DNA of 64,000 nucleotides from Eledone cirrhosa (Eukaryota), in contig OZ024747.1 of the NCBI GenBank assembly GCA_964016885.1, forward strand, positions 32,426,001-32,490,000, given 5' to 3'. The position numbers and the translations under genes were made by a program. Shown in pieces: positions 62,601-64,000 of this stretch (the first letter of the stretch is position 1; each line of letters starts with the position of its first letter). The notes under the pieces are model-generated. The model worked only from the letters and a program-made list of their open reading frames with translations, made no database searches and was not told the DNA's origin.

Positions 62601-64000
62601 AAATATTTAGAATAGTATTACTGTTGAAAATATATACTACAGTATTACTATTGGAAATATATAGTACAGTATTACTATTGGAATTATATAGTACAGTATT
62701 ACTGTTGAAAATATATAGTATAGTATTACTGTAGAAAATATATAGTATAGTATAGTATACGGTTGAAAATATATAGTACAGTATTACTGTTGAAAATATA
62801 TAGTATAGTATTACTGTTGGAAATATTTAGTATAGTATTACTGTTGGAAATATATAGTACAGTATTACTGTTGAAAATATATAGTATTACATTTGAAAAA
62901 ATATAGTATTGTATTACTGTTGAAAATATATAGTATAGTATAGTATTACTGTTGAAAATATATAGTATAGTATTATTGTTGAAAATATATAGTATAGTAT
63001 TACTGTTGGAAATATATAGTACAGTATTACTGTTGGAAATATATAGTATTACTGTTGAAAAGATATAGTATAGTATTACTGTTGAAAATATATAGTATAG
63101 TATTACTGTTGGAAATATATAGTATAGTATTACTGTTGGAAATATATAGTACAGTATTACTGTTGGAAATATATAGTACAGTATTACTGTTGAAAATATA
63201 TAGTATCGTATTACTGTTGAAAATATATAGTATAGTATTACTGTTGAAAATATATAGTATAGTATTACTGTTGAAAATATATAGTATAGTATTACTGTTG
63301 AAAATATATAGTATAGTATTACTGTTGGAAATATATAGTATAGTATTACTGTTAAAAATATATAGTGCAATATTACTGTTGAAAATATATAGTATAGTAT
63401 AGTATTACTGTTGAAAATATATAGTATAGTGTTACTTTTGAAAATATATAGTATAGTATTACTGTTGAAAATATATAGTATAGTACAGTATTACTGTTGA
63501 AAATATATAGTATAGTATTACTGTTGAAAATAAATAGTATAGTATTACTGTTGGAAATATATAGTATTACTTTTGAAAATATATAGTATAGTATAGTATT
63601 ACTGTTGAAAATATATAGTATAGTATTATTGTTGAAAATATATAGTATAGTATTACTGTTGGAAATATATAGTACAGTATTACTGTTGCAAATATATAGT
63701 ATTACTGTTGAAAAGATATAGTATAGTATTACTGTTGAAAATATATTGTATATTATTACTGTTGAAAATATATAGTATAGTATAGTATTACTGTTGAAAA
63801 TATATAGTATAGTATTATTATTGAAAATATATAGTATAGTATTACTGTTGGAAATATATAGTACAGTATTACTGTTGGAAATATATAGTATTACTGTTGA
63901 AAAGATATAGTATAGTATTACTGTTGAAAATATTTAGAATAGTATTACTGTTGAAAATATACAGTATAGTATTACTGTTGAAAATATATAGTACAGTATT
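55400..64000 (+). repeat. Four copies of a ~1.3-1.5-kb sub-unit nested in the larger duplications
   Basis: TTGCAAATAT at 56601, 58089, 62359 and 63686 (offsets 1488, 4270, 1327), each with GTGCAATATT, GTGTTACTTTTG and TATTTAGAATAG nearby. ORF pairs 55656/57112 and 61728/63055. Confidence 0.85.

Larger units (their letters stand above)
1..64000 (+). repeat. Head-to-tail 27-bp satellite array (consensus TTACTGTTGAAAATATATAGTATAGTA) with 22-, 25- and 32-bp length variants; runs off both window ends
   Basis: The monomer is visible on every line in the same orientation. The 9-aa periodic ORFs (LLLKIYSIV on +; TVILYYIFS and NSNTILYIF on -) confirm the 27-bp period. No unique sequence was found. 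Confidence 0.99.
15400..64000 (+). repeat. Right satellite sub-domain (variant set B)
   Basis: Diagnostic variants: a 22-bp GG monomer followed by an AAAAGAT monomer (first at about 16641-16680), TATCACTGTTGG, CTGGCGAAAA, GTCCAAAAC, GGAATTATA and GATATCGTCGAG. None of these was seen left of about 15.4 kb. Confidence 0.8.

Noticed and set aside
276-63402. More than 200 ORFs encoding (LLLKIYSIV)n, (TVILYYIFS)n or (NSNTILYIF)n hydrophobic repeat proteins
   Set aside because: They follow automatically from a 27-bp monomer lacking stops in three frames. They overlap on both strands, many start at TTG inside the repeat, and they end wherever a 22/25/32-bp monomer shifts the frame. There is no unique domain and no preference for frame-preserving indels.
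1-64000. CRISPR-like array (repeat of 27-32 bp containing GTTGAAA, similar to the GAAA(C/G) end of many CRISPR repeats)
   Set aside because: The monomers are contiguous with no unique spacers, and there is no leader or cas gene.
1-64000. TATA-like (TATATA) and -35-like (TTGAAA) promoter motifs
   Set aside because: They are present in every monomer as a result of AT-rich composition, with no downstream gene and the wrong spacing.
1-64000. Whole window as a sequencing or amplification artefact (concatemer)
   Set aside because: Rare variants recur in ordered blocks at multi-kb offsets with nested divergence, which random error or single-circle amplification would not produce. Individual duplications may still be mis-assembled.
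1-64000. Variant order as an information-bearing code (antigenic-variation or DGR-like cassette library)
   Set aside because: No expression site, reverse transcriptase or recombinase is present. The ordering is adequately explained by duplication history.

Overview
The whole 64-kb window is one uninterrupted, single-orientation, AT-rich tandem satellite. The consensus monomer is 27 bp, TTACTGTTGAAAATATATAGTATAGTA (5/27 G+C; about 2,370 copies estimated as 64000/27). I found no genes, RNA genes, transposon insertions, inversions or CRISPR spacers. All listed ORFs are artefacts of a 9-codon monomer that is stop-free in three frames. The informative structure lies in the variants. (i) Monomer length is mostly quantised at 22/27/32 bp through loss or gain of a TAGTA pentamer, with a 25-bp AAAACAT class as well. 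(ii) Ordered variant cassettes of 5-8 monomers recur. (iii) Nested, near-identical kb-scale duplications occur at offsets of 1.1-6.1 kb. (iv) The variant vocabulary switches at about 15.4-16.7 kb. (v) Several common variants perfect a dyad at the monomer junction. This looks like eukaryotic heterochromatic, centromeric or subtelomeric satellite DNA, but the organism and function cannot be determined from sequence alone. Duplication boundaries are read by eye and are approximate. Offsets come from matching rare variants and matching ORF-track entries.
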